Assembly: GCA_041946805.1 (NCBI GenBank)
Contig: JBHGBC010000065.1
Coordinates: 1 to 29,211, forward strand
Length of the DNA stretch: 29,211 bases
Direction of reading: 5' to 3'
From: a bacterium
GTDB taxonomy: Bacteria; Hinthialibacterota; Hinthialibacteria; Hinthialibacterales; Hinthialibacteraceae
The notes under the pieces were generated by a model, which was not told the DNA's origin, made no database searches, and worked only from the letters and a program-made list of their open reading frames with translations. Position 1 is the first letter of the stretch. Each line of letters opens with the position of its first letter. Shown piece by piece: positions 1-9,757 of this stretch. Position numbers and translations under genes: made by a program.

Positions 1-134
1 TCATTATTAATCAAGGTGTTGTATGAATTTATGCACAATTTCGGTTCACGGAAACAGGAAATAATCAGGAAGAGGAAAAGAATCTTTTTCATAAGTGCGT
101 CCTGTGATCGATATTCTTGATTACCATATTTTAT

Positions 135-342
135 GCGCCAACGGCGCGCGTGATGATAGCCCCAGGCAACGCCCGGGGTAAGTCACCGGAACAGCGGTCA
201 GAAAAAGCCGCCGATCCCCTCTCCCTCTGGGAGAGGGCCAGGGTGAGGGAATTTTTTAGGGAACGGATGTGGGTGTCCTCCCTCATCCCGGGGGGAATAG
301 AATCAATGTTGCTTCATCAGGTACGCGCTTCCCGGATGAACC
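135..342. repeat. Partial MITE-like family 1 copy: REP-like hairpins, BoxC-like core and right terminal inverted repeat
   Basis: GCGCCAACGGCGCG...AGCCCCAGGCAACGCCCGGGG (135-178), CCCTCTCCCTCTGGGAGAGGGCCAGGGTGAGGG (~216-249) and ...GTACGCGCTTCCCGGATGAACC (to 342). Same order of parts as 20084-20280. Confidence 0.8.
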
Positions 343-471
343 TTATAGGTTGTGGACTCCATTCCGGCGCGCAGGGCCTGGAGCGGAAGCATGGTTGACA
401 GAAAAATCTTCCTTATTATTCTGGGCATGATCGTGTCCCTACTATCATGTCAAGAGAGACAGGAGATATCC

Positions 472-981
472 ATGGAACGCACTGGAGTGATTACCTTCAA
501 GGGAAATCCCATGACCCTGCTTGGCCCGGACATCGCCGTGGGCAGCGCTGCTCCCGATTTCACCGCCGCCAACACCGCGTTGCAGCCGGTCCAATTGTCC
601 GGTTTCAAAGGCCAAGTCGTGATCCTGTCCGCCGTGCCGTCCCTCGACACGCCGGTGTGCGAAATGCAGACCAAGCGGTTCAACGAAGAAGCGTCGAAGC
701 TCAACGCCAAGGTCCTGACCATCAGCCTCGATCTGCCCTTCGCGCAAAAACGCTTTTGTGGATCGTTCAACATCGACAACGTGATCACCTTGTCCGATTA
801 CAAGGACCGGTCGTTCGCCCAGGCCTACGGCTTGCTTATCAAGGAACTGGGCCTCATCACCCGCGCGGTGTTCGTCGTGGACAAGAACGGCCGGATCGTT
901 CACAAAGAGATCGTCAAGGAAGTCACCGAACATCCGGACTATGACAAGGCGCTCGCGGCCGCCAAAACCGCCGGCGCGTGA
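472..981 (+). CDS. tpx: Thiol peroxidase (Tpx-subfamily peroxiredoxin)
   Basis: Motifs ITFKGNP, VPSLDTPVC, DLPFAQKRFC, RAVFVVD and HPDYD. AGGAGA Shine-Dalgarno before ATG 472. An in-frame upstream ATG at 391 is also possible (see findings). Confidence 0.95.
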   Translation: MERTGVITFKGNPMTLLGPDIAVGSAAPDFTAANTALQPVQLSGFKGQVVILSAVPSLDTPVCEMQTKRFNEEASKLNAKVLTISLDLPFAQKRFCGSFNIDNVITLSDYKDRSFAQAYGLLIKELGLITRAVFVVDKNGRIVHKEIVKEVTEHPDYDKALAAAKTAGA

Positions 982-1027
982 ATAAGCCGTAAACCGGAGT
1001 ATTGGGCTTTTCCGGGATTGAAAAAAC

Positions 1028-1066
1028 GGACCATCCAGGAGCCCGCGCTTCTGGATGGTCCCTTTT
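1028..1066 (+). terminator. Rho-independent terminator after tpx, possibly bidirectional
   Basis: Stem GGACCATCCAGGAGC / GCTTCTGGATGGTCC followed by CTTTT, with an A-run upstream. Confidence 0.8.
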
Positions 1067-1101
1067 ATTGATTTATTGAGATGCAAATATCAATAAAGGA
1101 A

Positions 1102-1311
1102 GGTTCATCCGGAAAGTGCGTACTTTTAATCAAGCATGTCCGGCCGCTCTTCAATCGGGCTGGACGTGAGATCAATCCCCTAATCCCCTCTCCCTCTGGG
1201 AGAGGGCTGGGGTGAGGGGATTTTTGCAGTGGCGGACCTTGATGTCCGCCCGGGTCATCGAGTGGATGGAATGCCTTTTTCACCAGCCGGCGCGCACTGG
1301 CCGGATGAACC
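1102..1311. mobile_element. MITE-like element family 1 (210 bp) with BoxC-like core
   Basis: Terminal inverted repeats GGTTCATCCGGAAAGTGCG / CGCACTGGCCGGATGAACC. Internal CCCCTCTCCCTCTGGGAGAGGG...GGTGAGGG and GGCGGAC...GTCCGCC hairpins are shared with other copies. Confidence 0.75.
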
Positions 1312-1384
1312 TGAAGGAAGGTCTTTCTTCCCAGGGGCATGTGGCAACAAACCCTTTCAAGGCGCTGGGATTAAATCCGGATTG

Positions 1385-3367
1385 TCATGAAGCGGTTTCA
1401 GTAGGCCAATCCGTAGGGTTCTGTACCTCCTTCAGGTCCAGTTCGTCTTTTGGAACTATTTCCATCCCCTCCTGGACAGCCTGTTCGATCCGGCTTTGGG
1501 CATCCTCGAGGCAGGGGAGGAAATCCTGCAGGCAGCGGATCACCGACTGGAAGTATTGGGCGTATTGGTTCACCCGGTCGAGTTCGGTGGCGTCTTTCTC
1601 ATGGCGCAAGAACAGAAAAAGGCTCGCGAACAAGGCTTGCTCCAAGGCGGTCTTCACCGCGTCGTTCCGGTACAAGCTCCAGAAGGACGCCTCCATTTTT
1701 TCCCATTCCGGCGCGCGTGGCAAATCGGCGGGATCCGCCGCGCCGGCGAGTTTTTGGAGATAATGAGCGGCGGCCAGACCGTCCTCGGCTTCTGGTTTCG
1801 CGGACCGCAGGGCTTTGATCAGATCCTTTATCGCTTCCCCCCAGGGGGCGTCCTGGGATTCACGGAGTTCCTCCAGGGACGGAGCGATGGCGGGTTTGGG
1901 CGTGGGGGAGGCGAACTGGGGGAGGATGTCCGCCAGCCGGCGGACAATCGTGCCTTCGATCAACGCCCCGCCTTCGGTCGCGTCGTACACCAGGGAGGGC
2001 GATTGTTTGATCCGTTCGGAGAGTTTGTGCAGAAAGACGGCCATGGCCTTGGAAGTGGGAACCGGCTGGCCGTCGCTGCCCATGACCCAAAGGATCTCTT
2101 CCCGCGTCACGGCGTCGTGGTGTGGACCGGGCAGGATGGTGGCTTGCGCGGCTCCCGCCGGGACCGGGGCCACTTCCCGGTTCAGAGCGGTACCCGAGGC
2201 ATGAGTGGTTCCTCCTTCCCGGGGATAAGCCAGATCGAAGCCGGCGAGGAAGATGGGATCGCATCCCAGCCACTCCGCCGCGTTATAAAGAGTATGGGCC
2301 ACCGAGAGGCCCTGGTCGAACAAGCCGAAGGGCCCGGCGGTTTCCTCGATCCAGCGGTTGATTTGCGCCTTGGCGGAGTTCAGGAACAGCCGGAGACCGT
2401 TCCAGCGGCGGGGAATTTCGGGATTCACGTCCGACTCGAAGATGAGTACCGGCGGCGTTGGATTTTCGATTCCCTCGAAATGTTTGAGGTTGAGACCGGT
2501 GGGATCGGTGGCGGCCACGAAATCGGGCCGGATGCCATGCGCCAGAGCCACCCGGTAAGCCGTATCCACACAGAAAATGAACAATCCATCCTGATAGGCC
2601 GCGATCTGGCCGATGTTCTTCTCCAGCGAGGGGCCGGCCGCGATCAGTACCGCGGGCTGGTTTCGATAATAATTGCGCAAGGGCCCCAGACCTAGGCTGG
2701 CGCCGATGGCGGGGAGGTTTAAAATCGCGTTTCGTTGGATGAGGGCGCCCTGATGGATCAGGAATTCGCTCTCCGCCGCCGCTCGTTGCAGGAATTGTTT
2801 CAGCTGTTCGATCGCCGCCGTATAAAAATCGCCGTACATTTCAAACGACGGGGGATGGTCCACCAACCGCACTCCGCTGCCCATGATGTGGGGCAGAAAT
2901 GACTGGGCCGCCGCAGTCAATTCGCCCTGGGTTTCGGGAATCACCACCCGGGTGCGGGAATTGGCCAGCAGCCGGCTCCAATCCCGGCGGTGCAGAAAGT
3001 AATAAAATACGCCGGGATCGTGTTCCACCAGCAACAGGGCGGAGATGAACTGGGGGTAGTTTTCCCAAAGGTGCTCGATCGTGTATCCCAACCCGATTCC
3101 CAGGAAGACAAAGACTGAGGGGGAATCCAGTTGCAACGCCTCGATCTGCCGCTGGGCTTCGCGGCGGGGATCGTGCCGGCTGTGATAGAGCACGATTTTT
3201 TCAGGGCGCGTGAGTTCCAACGTGGGAGCTAATGTGTCAGAATGGAACCAATGGATGATAGGCGAGGGGGGCGTGGACGCGATTTTCTCGGCCAAACAGG
3301 GATCCGATTCCCGTAAAACGGCAAGATTCTTTTGAAAAAGCTTATCACCTGGTTGTTGCGCGATCAT
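1385..3367 (-). CDS. Motility-associated factor (Maf)/DUF115 family protein, putative flagellin glycosyltransferase
   Basis: N-terminal LFQKNLAVL, YHSRHDPRREA and GIGLGY; central PAVLIAAGPSLEKNI, GIRPDFV, GLSVAH, LAGFDLAY and DATEGGALIEG motifs of the Maf_flag10/MptE-like family. Confidence 0.85.
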   Translation of the reverse strand: MIAQQPGDKLFQKNLAVLRESDPCLAEKIASTPPSPIIHWFHSDTLAPTLELTRPEKIVLYHSRHDPRREAQRQIEALQLDSPSVFVFLGIGLGYTIEHLWENYPQFISALLLVEHDPGVFYYFLHRRDWSRLLANSRTRVVIPETQGELTAAAQSFLPHIMGSGVRLVDHPPSFEMYGDFYTAAIEQLKQFLQRAAAESEFLIHQGALIQRNAILNLPAIGASLGLGPLRNYYRNQPAVLIAAGPSLEKNIGQIAAYQDGLFIFCVDTAYRVALAHGIRPDFVAATDPTGLNLKHFEGIENPTPPVLIFESDVNPEIPRRWNGLRLFLNSAKAQINRWIEETAGPFGLFDQGLSVAHTLYNAAEWLGCDPIFLAGFDLAYPREGGTTHASGTALNREVAPVPAGAAQATILPGPHHDAVTREEILWVMGSDGQPVPTSKAMAVFLHKLSERIKQSPSLVYDATEGGALIEGTIVRRLADILPQFASPTPKPAIAPSLEELRESQDAPWGEAIKDLIKALRSAKPEAEDGLAAAHYLQKLAGAADPADLPRAPEWEKMEASFWSLYRNDAVKTALEQALFASLFLFLRHEKDATELDRVNQYAQYFQSVIRCLQDFLPCLEDAQSRIEQAVQEGMEIVPKDELDLKEVQNPTDWPTETAS

Positions 3368-3540
3368 GAAGGCACCCGGAAACCAGTAGTGAAATAAAAG
3401 CCGATTGTAGCATACGAGACCTTGAAAATAACGGTGGATTAAGGAAGTTTGGATAACCGGGCCGCCTGGGCGGACGCCGCGGCGGATTTGGGGATCCCGG
3501 GGACAAGGATCGCTGAATATCCACCAGAAAGGAATACAGG

Positions 3541-4026
3541 ATGCTGGAGAGGTTGCTGCGACGTTACCAGGATTTCGGCTTGATGATACTCCGTTTGACG
3601 GTGGGGATCATATTCGCCATCCATGGCTTCACCAAAATCTTCCATGGGGGCGGGATGACCGCCACCATACTCACCTTTACGGAACTCGGCGTTTATTTCC
3701 CCGCCATCACGGCCTGGCTGGTGGCCTTGGGAGAATTGTTCGGCGGAGGGTGCATGATCCTCGGCCTGTTCACGCGGGAAGCCGCCCTGTACCTGACCGT
3801 CATCATGGCGGGCGCCATTCTGACCATCCATGGGCAGCACGGCTTTTTCAATATCAACCAAGGTTACGAATACAACCTGATGCTTATCGGCGCGTGCCTT
3901 TGCCTGTTGTTTTCCGGGGGAGGCAGCGGCGCGATGGACAAGGTTTTATTCCCGCAGGAACGCTGGACGTTCATTTCCGACCGGTCCAAGATCAAGTTGG
4001 AACCGCCCCAGAATATACTCGACTGA
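3541..4026 (+). CDS. DoxX family membrane protein
   Basis: LILRLTVGIIFAIHGFTK, ELFGG, GLFTR and GYEYNL motifs; about four TM helices; AAAGGA Shine-Dalgarno. Confidence 0.9.
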   Translation: MLERLLRRYQDFGLMILRLTVGIIFAIHGFTKIFHGGGMTATILTFTELGVYFPAITAWLVALGELFGGGCMILGLFTREAALYLTVIMAGAILTIHGQHGFFNINQGYEYNLMLIGACLCLLFSGGGSGAMDKVLFPQERWTFISDRSKIKLEPPQNILD

Positions 4027-4057
4027 TTGAGGATGGGGCCGCCGTGAAGGAAGAGGA

Positions 4058-4489
4058 TTATTCAAGCAACCGGATGATTTCCTGTAAGTCGCGCTTGAGG
4101 GCGGCGAGGTCATATTTTTCAGGGACGGGCGGCGTGGCGGTTTCGGCGGGAGAAGCAGAGGCGGGGGAGAATGTTTCGTCCCTTTCAGTGTTGCGCTCGG
4201 CCCGCAAGGCTTGCAGACCGCCCCGCAGTTTCCGTTCCGCTCCATCCAGTGTATACCCTTCATTGTAAAGCAAGTTGACGATTTCGAGCAGCAGTTCCAG
4301 ATCGCCGCGTGTGTATTTGCGCTGGTTTCCTCCTACCCGCTTGGGATTCAGTTTGCTGAATTTGGTCTCCCAATAGCGCAGTACGTGGGGTTCCACTCCC
4401 GTGTAATCACTGGCTTCACTGATGGAGTAATAGATCTTCTTCGGGATCGCATCCAATCCTAAGGTTCGGGGACGGGTTCTATTCGCCAT
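4058..4489 (-). CDS. MerR-family HTH transcriptional regulator
   Basis: KIYYSISEASDYTGVEPHVLRYWETKF...GNQRKY...EGYTLDGA is a MerR-type HTH. Confidence 0.9.
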   Translation of the reverse strand: MANRTRPRTLGLDAIPKKIYYSISEASDYTGVEPHVLRYWETKFSKLNPKRVGGNQRKYTRGDLELLLEIVNLLYNEGYTLDGAERKLRGGLQALRAERNTERDETFSPASASPAETATPPVPEKYDLAALKRDLQEIIRLLE

Positions 4490-4984
4490 GGCATTAACGC
4501 ACTGATTCGTACGAGGATAGACCGTTTCGGGTCAAAACGATTTGGAACCGCCTGACAACATCTTTCCCTCAACGGCGTAGGTTTTCTGGAAACCCACAAG
4601 CAAACGGTTCAGTGACACTTGGCCCAGCGAATGCCTATCACATCATCAACCCAAGAAGAACATCCCTCATCTCATTATAAATCGATCGCTGGAACAATTC
4701 CATAGTTTAATCTGATTTTTTATTTCATCTACTCTAAGCTGTTCGATCTTAATCCTTTAAACCAGGGTTTTAAAGAGACCTTGCCAGAAACGCACGGTGG
4801 AAATATCCAATACCCTATCCGCTTGATTCCATTTGGATTCAAGAGACAGGATTCAAATACCGGTATAATCCGTAACCGCTGGCGGCTGATGGCTATGACG
4901 TCCGGCCCGAGGAAACGATGGTGAGAACTCCAAGATCGCGGCCGGGCCGCTCCTGTTTGCTTTCGGATATTTCAGTTAGGCCGC

Positions 4985-5230
4985 TCATTTTTCGGTTGAA
5001 GGCGAATCGGAGGAGACCGAATTATTCGAAGGAGGTGGATCCTTGGGGTAACCGGCTTTCAACAGATCCGAACGTTTGGCGTATTTATCGAAGTAGGTTT
5101 GGGGAGGAGCGGATTTCTGGAGTTTTTTGATTCGCAACTTTGGTCTTTTCAGCCGGCGGATTCCGAAACAGCCAGCGATCCCCAATAGAAACACGGCCGT
5201 GACAGTGGAGAGCGCGGTGATCGTCGCCAT
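4985..5230 (-). CDS. Possible small single-pass membrane protein (81 aa)
   Basis: MATITALSTVTAVFLLGIAGCFG hydrophobic stretch followed by basic RRLKRPKLRIKK; purine-rich AAGAGA upstream of the ATG. No family recognised. Confidence 0.4.
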   Translation of the reverse strand: MATITALSTVTAVFLLGIAGCFGIRRLKRPKLRIKKLQKSAPPQTYFDKYAKRSDLLKAGYPKDPPPSNNSVSSDSPSTEK

Positions 5231-5440
5231 TACTATTTCTCTTGACTGGAGGGGATGGTTTCGTTCCCGGACGTCGCACAAGGGAACTCAAGCAAGAGTA
5301 GTCATTAAAATGGATTTCCGCACTGGTTCAAGAGGAGTCCCAGGCTGGCGGTTTGTCCAGCGAACATGTGACCGTGTCTTGGACAAAAGGGGATCTTCCA
5401 GAATTGCGCCTGAGATTAATCCGGAATATTCCGTTTTTTA

Positions 5441-5698
5441 GGTTCATCCGGCCAGTGCGTACTTTTTTCAGATCGCCGGATCGCGTCTCTTCGAAAGGAT
5501 CATTGAAAACCACTCCCACTACTCCCTTTCCCTCTGGGAGAAGGCCACCCCCACTACCCTCCCTCTGGGACCCTCTCCCTCTGGGAGAGGGCCGGGGTGA
5601 GGGTATTTTTCATTGAGTCTGGACCTTGGCGTCCGCCCTCATCCCGGCATGAAGGGAATCGATTTTTCTTCATGATGTACGCACTTCCCGGATGAACC
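5441..5698. mobile_element. MITE-like element family 1 (258 bp) with internally reiterated BoxC arm
   Basis: TIRs GGTTCATCCGGCCAGTGCGTAC / GTACGCACTTCCCGGATGAACC. TCCCTCTGGGA occurs three times at ~5529-5586. Confidence 0.8.
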
Positions 5699-5833
5699 GC
5701 TTTTTATCCATTGGAAAATAGGCATGGCCCTTATGAATAAGGGATACATCGGATTTACTATAGTGGATGGCGTCGAGGTTTTATTTTCTGGATACCACGC
5801 ACATTCGCGTTTATGAGGAAAGGATCAGGGACC

Positions 5834-6502
5834 ATGCATGACGATCATTTTTGTTCCATGGAGGATGGACCTATCTGTATAACGCCGCAGATCAACGCGC
5901 CCGCCCCCGATTTTGAAGCCAAGACCACGCAGGGGATCAAAAAGCTGAGCGATTATCAGGGACGGTGGTTGATATTGTTCTCGCATCCCGCTGATTTCAC
6001 GCCGGTTTGCACGACCGAGTTTATCGCGTTTGCCAAGGCGTATCCGCAGTTTCAAAACCTGAATTGCGACCTGTTGGGCCTTTCGATCGACAGCAACTTC
6101 GCGCATCTCGCCTGGATCCGCAACATCCAACAGAATTTCGGCGTGGAGGTTCCGTTTCCTGTCATCGAAGACCTCTCCATGGAGGTGGCCTGCAAGTACG
6201 GCATGATTCAGCCCGGCGCCAGCGAGACCTCAGCGGTGCGGGCGGTTTTCTTCATCGATCCGCATTCGGTCTTGCGCGCCATGGTGTATTACCCGATGAC
6301 CAACGGCCGCTCGGTAAGTGAATTCCTGCGCCTGCTCCAGGCCTTGCAGACCAGCGACAAGTACAAGGTCGCCACTCCGGAAGGCTGGCAGCCGGGAGAT
6401 CAGGTGATTGTGCCGCCTCCCGCCACCGCCGCCGACGCGGAAAAGCGCAAGGATGAAGGATACGAGTATGTTGATTGGTATTTCTGCAAGAAATCCCTCT
6501 GA
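5834..6502 (+). CDS. Peroxiredoxin, Prx6 subfamily
   Basis: LFSHPADFTPVCTTEF, YYPMTNGRS, ATPEGWQPGD and C-terminal DWYFC. Start chosen after the GAGGAAAGGA purine run; alternatives are 5813 and 5858. Confidence 0.93.
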   Translation: MHDDHFCSMEDGPICITPQINAPAPDFEAKTTQGIKKLSDYQGRWLILFSHPADFTPVCTTEFIAFAKAYPQFQNLNCDLLGLSIDSNFAHLAWIRNIQQNFGVEVPFPVIEDLSMEVACKYGMIQPGASETSAVRAVFFIDPHSVLRAMVYYPMTNGRSVSEFLRLLQALQTSDKYKVATPEGWQPGDQVIVPPPATAADAEKRKDEGYEYVDWYFCKKSL

Positions 6503-6548
6503 TTTTCAATTAGATATCGATTGGATTCTGAGATGATTTCGATAGACC

Positions 6549-6583
6549 CGGGGCGGTGGCTTTTTGCCGCCCCGCCGTATTTT
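6549..6583 (+). terminator. Probable terminator after the Prx6 gene
   Basis: CGGGGCGGTG...TGCCGCCCCG hairpin followed shortly by TATTTT. Confidence 0.55.
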
Positions 6584-6682
6584 GTGGATACTTCGCTTGA
6601 CACGGGTGATCCCTTTCTCCGATGATCAAAACCGTTTCGGAGATCGATCGGTATCAACAATCCGGTTATTGGAGAAAAAACC

Positions 6683-7846
6683 ATGGACCATACCAACGAG
6701 AAGCGCCGGACCGTTACCCGCCGCGGATTTCTGCAAACCACCGCCACCGCGTCCGCCCTGGCGTTTGGAGCCGTTCCTTCGGTTGTAGGAGCCAACGAGG
6801 AAGTGGTGTTGGGCATGATCGGCACCGGGGGACGCGGACAACGCCTGCTGAAGGCCATCACTAACATCAAGGGCTACCGCGTCGCCGCCGTGTGCGATCT
6901 GGTGCCGGAACGCGCCGCCGCCGCCGCGGAAATCTGCGCCCAGTACAAGCCCAAGGTTCGGGAATACACGGATTTCAAGCAGATGCTGGCTGAGGAGAAA
7001 CTGGACGCCTGTTTCGTTGTCACCGAGGAAGCCAACCACGCCAAGTGCGTGATTCCCGTGCTCGAGGCGGGACTGCACTGCTTCAGCGAGAAGCCCATCG
7101 ATGTCACCGTGGAGAAGGTCGACCGGGTGGTGCAGGCCGCCCGGAAAGCCAAGGGCATCCTGCAGATCGGTTACCAGCGGCGTTACCTCCCCGTGTTTCA
7201 AAAGGCGATGTCGGAAATCCATTCCGGCAACATGGGTAACGTGACGTACCTTCAGGCGCAATGGCATTGGCCGTATGGTGTGGGCGGGCGGTATCTGGAC
7301 ATGGATTTCGCCGGCTGCTGGTTCCTGGCGCAGGCCTGTCATCACGCCGACGCCATGGCCTGGGTGATGAAGGATCAGCCCCCGATTTGTTGCGCCGCCA
7401 TGGGCGAGATCACGCAGAAAAACGAGAATCCCCCTCTGCACTGCGCCGAGGACCACTCCGGAGTGCTTTTTAAATTCCCCGGCCATGTCGTTTTCTCCTA
7501 CACCCATGTCATGAATTGCTGCGACGCCTTCTGCGGGGAAAAACTGTGGGTTTACCTGGAGAAGGGAGGAATCGACCTGCCGGGCGGGATGAAATATCCC
7601 CTTGCCGGCCAGGGCGATCCCGTGCGTTTGGCCGAAGCCAGCAGCGATTGGGACAACGGGACGTACGAGGAATTGGAAGCCTTCGGCCGCCATATCCGCA
7701 ACGGCGAAACTCCCTTGAGCAACGCCGAGACCGCGCGGATCGGCACGCTGATGGGCATCCTGGGCGGCAAGGCGATGTACAAGCGGCAGGAGCGGACTTT
7801 CACGCCGTCCATCGAGTACTGGAAGGACCTGGGTACGACCACCTGA
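6683..7846 (+). CDS. Tat-exported Gfo/Idh/MocA family oxidoreductase
   Basis: TRRGFL twin-arginine signal, GMIGTGGRG Rossmann motif, EKP, QIGYQRRY and QACHHAD; GGAGA Shine-Dalgarno. Confidence 0.92.
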   Translation: MDHTNEKRRTVTRRGFLQTTATASALAFGAVPSVVGANEEVVLGMIGTGGRGQRLLKAITNIKGYRVAAVCDLVPERAAAAAEICAQYKPKVREYTDFKQMLAEEKLDACFVVTEEANHAKCVIPVLEAGLHCFSEKPIDVTVEKVDRVVQAARKAKGILQIGYQRRYLPVFQKAMSEIHSGNMGNVTYLQAQWHWPYGVGGRYLDMDFAGCWFLAQACHHADAMAWVMKDQPPICCAAMGEITQKNENPPLHCAEDHSGVLFKFPGHVVFSYTHVMNCCDAFCGEKLWVYLEKGGIDLPGGMKYPLAGQGDPVRLAEASSDWDNGTYEELEAFGRHIRNGETPLSNAETARIGTLMGILGGKAMYKRQERTFTPSIEYWKDLGTTT

Positions 7847-7982
7847 TCCCCCCTGGCCGGCCGGTCAATGGCTTGACTTGGGAATCCAGGGACCGGATGA
7901 TCGAAAGGGTGCTCAGAGAGGAATGTAGTGGGGGGCATGTATGAAAGGAGGGGCACGAGGCCACGCGCCCCGGATGAAGAAT

Positions 7983-8154
7983 GGCTCATCCGGCCAGTGC
8001 GCATTTTTTCAGTTGGCCGGTTTGCGTCTCTTTGATGTGATCGACGAAAATCACCCCAAAAATCCCACTCCCGCTGGGAGAGGGTTAGGGTGAGGGAATT
8101 TTTGCCGGGGCGGACCTAGGTGGCCGCCTGAATAGCAGGTCTCCCGGATGATGC
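7983..8154. mobile_element. Degenerate, internally deleted MITE-like family 1 copy
   Basis: Left TIR GGCTCATCCGGCCAGTGCGCA, BoxC-like core, GGGCGGACCT..GGCCGCC and decayed right end CCCGGATGATGC. Confidence 0.7.
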
Positions 8155-8209
8155 TGGAATACCAATCAATTCATTTCTTAATCATGGCAAGGCGAACCAG
8201 GAGGAAACA

Positions 8210-9352
8210 ATGTCTGAGAAAAAAGAGGTTTCACGCAGATCATTTATTCAGGCCACGGCGGCCGGCGCTTCCACGCTGGCCCTGGGAGTATCCAACCGGG
8301 TGTTGGGTGCGAACGATGAGGTCGTCCTAGGAATGATCGGCACCGGGGGGCGGGGCCAAAGCTTGCTGAAGCGGCTGACCTGCGTTCCCAATGTCCGGAT
8401 CGCGGCCCTTTGCGACCTGCGGGAAGAGCGGGTCAACCAGGCCGGCCAGATCTTCGAAAACGCCAAGAAGTACATCAAATTCGAAGAACTGTTGGAGAAG
8501 GAGAAGCTGGACGGCTGCATCGTGGCCACCGAAGTGGGCAATCATGCCAAGTGCGTCATCCCGGTGCTCGAGGCCGGCCTGCACTGCTTCAGCGAAAAAC
8601 CCATGGACTGCACGGTGGAGAAAGTGGACGCCATCGTCAAGGCGGCCCGCCAGGCCAAGGGGATCTACCAGGTCGGATTCCAGCGCCGCTACGCCCCCGC
8701 GTTCGTGGACGGCGTCGGGAAGATCCACGAAGGCATTATCGGCGACGTGATCTTCATGCAGGGCCATTGGCATTGGCCGTGGCAGGTCGGCGGCTGGGTC
8801 GCGGATGTGGACATGTCCGGCGGTGAGATCGTCGAACAGGCGTGCCATCACATGGACGTCATGAGCTGGGTCAAGAAAGGCAAGACGCCGGTGAAATGCG
8901 TGGCCGTGGGCCATATCACCCGCCCCAATCCCGGATCGAACCAACACAACTCCGAGGATCAGTCCGCCGTGACCTTCCTGTGGGATGACGGGGCCATCCT
9001 CTCGTACACGCACATGTTCTATCTGGCCGATCATTTCCAAAGCGAGCAGCTGGTTGTCCATGGCAAGAACGGTGGCGTCGATCTGCGCGAAGGCATGGTC
9101 TATCCCCGCCAGGGCCAGGGCGAAGCCAAGCGTATCGCCGAGCAGGTTCCCGATTGGGAGTATGGGACCCTGGAAGAACTGATCGCCTTTGCCGATCACA
9201 TCCGCAAGGGAGAGAAATCCCGGAGCAACCAGGAAACCGGCCGCGTTTCCACCCTGATGTCGCTGATGGCCCGCAAGGCCATGTACGAGCGCAATACCAA
9301 AACCTTCGATCCGAAGGTGGTCACCTGGCAGGACCTGGGCTCGGCCACGTGA
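8210..9352 (+). CDS. Tat-exported Gfo/Idh/MocA family oxidoreductase (paralog of 6683..7846)
   Basis: SRRSFI signal, GMIGTGGRG, and NHAKCVIPVLEAGLHCFSEKP identical to the upstream paralog; EQACHHMD; AGGAGG Shine-Dalgarno. Confidence 0.92.
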   Translation: MSEKKEVSRRSFIQATAAGASTLALGVSNRVLGANDEVVLGMIGTGGRGQSLLKRLTCVPNVRIAALCDLREERVNQAGQIFENAKKYIKFEELLEKEKLDGCIVATEVGNHAKCVIPVLEAGLHCFSEKPMDCTVEKVDAIVKAARQAKGIYQVGFQRRYAPAFVDGVGKIHEGIIGDVIFMQGHWHWPWQVGGWVADVDMSGGEIVEQACHHMDVMSWVKKGKTPVKCVAVGHITRPNPGSNQHNSEDQSAVTFLWDDGAILSYTHMFYLADHFQSEQLVVHGKNGGVDLREGMVYPRQGQGEAKRIAEQVPDWEYGTLEELIAFADHIRKGEKSRSNQETGRVSTLMSLMARKAMYERNTKTFDPKVVTWQDLGSAT

Positions 9353-9416
9353 GGGATGGGACCGTTTCAGTATTTTAGTAATGAATCAGTATCTTTGTAA
9401 AAAGATTTCCGATTGG

Positions 9417-9444
9417 GGGGCACATGATTTTGTGCCCCTTTTTC
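9417..9444 (+). terminator. Rho-independent terminator
   Basis: GGGGCACA / TGTGCCCC stem followed by TTTTTT. Confidence 0.8.
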
Positions 9445-9712
9445 ATCTGTCTTTCATTTCCTTTGAATTTCACCCTCGGACTCCCACCCGGAGTGAGTGA
9501 GTTTTGATCTCTCCCGCCGGCCTGAAGGGAGGCCGCTCGCTCCAATCCCAAAAGATTCATTTGGTGTGCTCACCCGATGATCCTGTCTATTCCCCTCAAA
9601 AAATCTTGAATCTTGGCGGAGGGCGATTCGGACGGGATTGTCAATGCCAAGTGGATTGAGCACCTCGTAATTCACGAATACCACTTCCTTGGCAAAAAAA
9701 TGCAACAGGGGC

Positions 9713-9757
9713 TTGACTGTCAATCAAAAAACAATAATAATAATGATTATCGTTATG
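9713..9757 (+). promoter_or_regulatory. Sigma70-type promoter with overlapping Fur-like box
   Basis: TTGACT (9713-9718), 17 nt, AATAAT (9736-9741). AATAATGATTATCGTTATG (9739-9757) matches 16/19 of GATAATGATWATCATTATC. Confidence 0.7.

Noticed and set aside
9460..9560. GC-rich segment with small hairpins upstream of the fur promoter, considered as a riboswitch or SRP RNA
   Set aside because: No diagnostic conserved motif on either strand.
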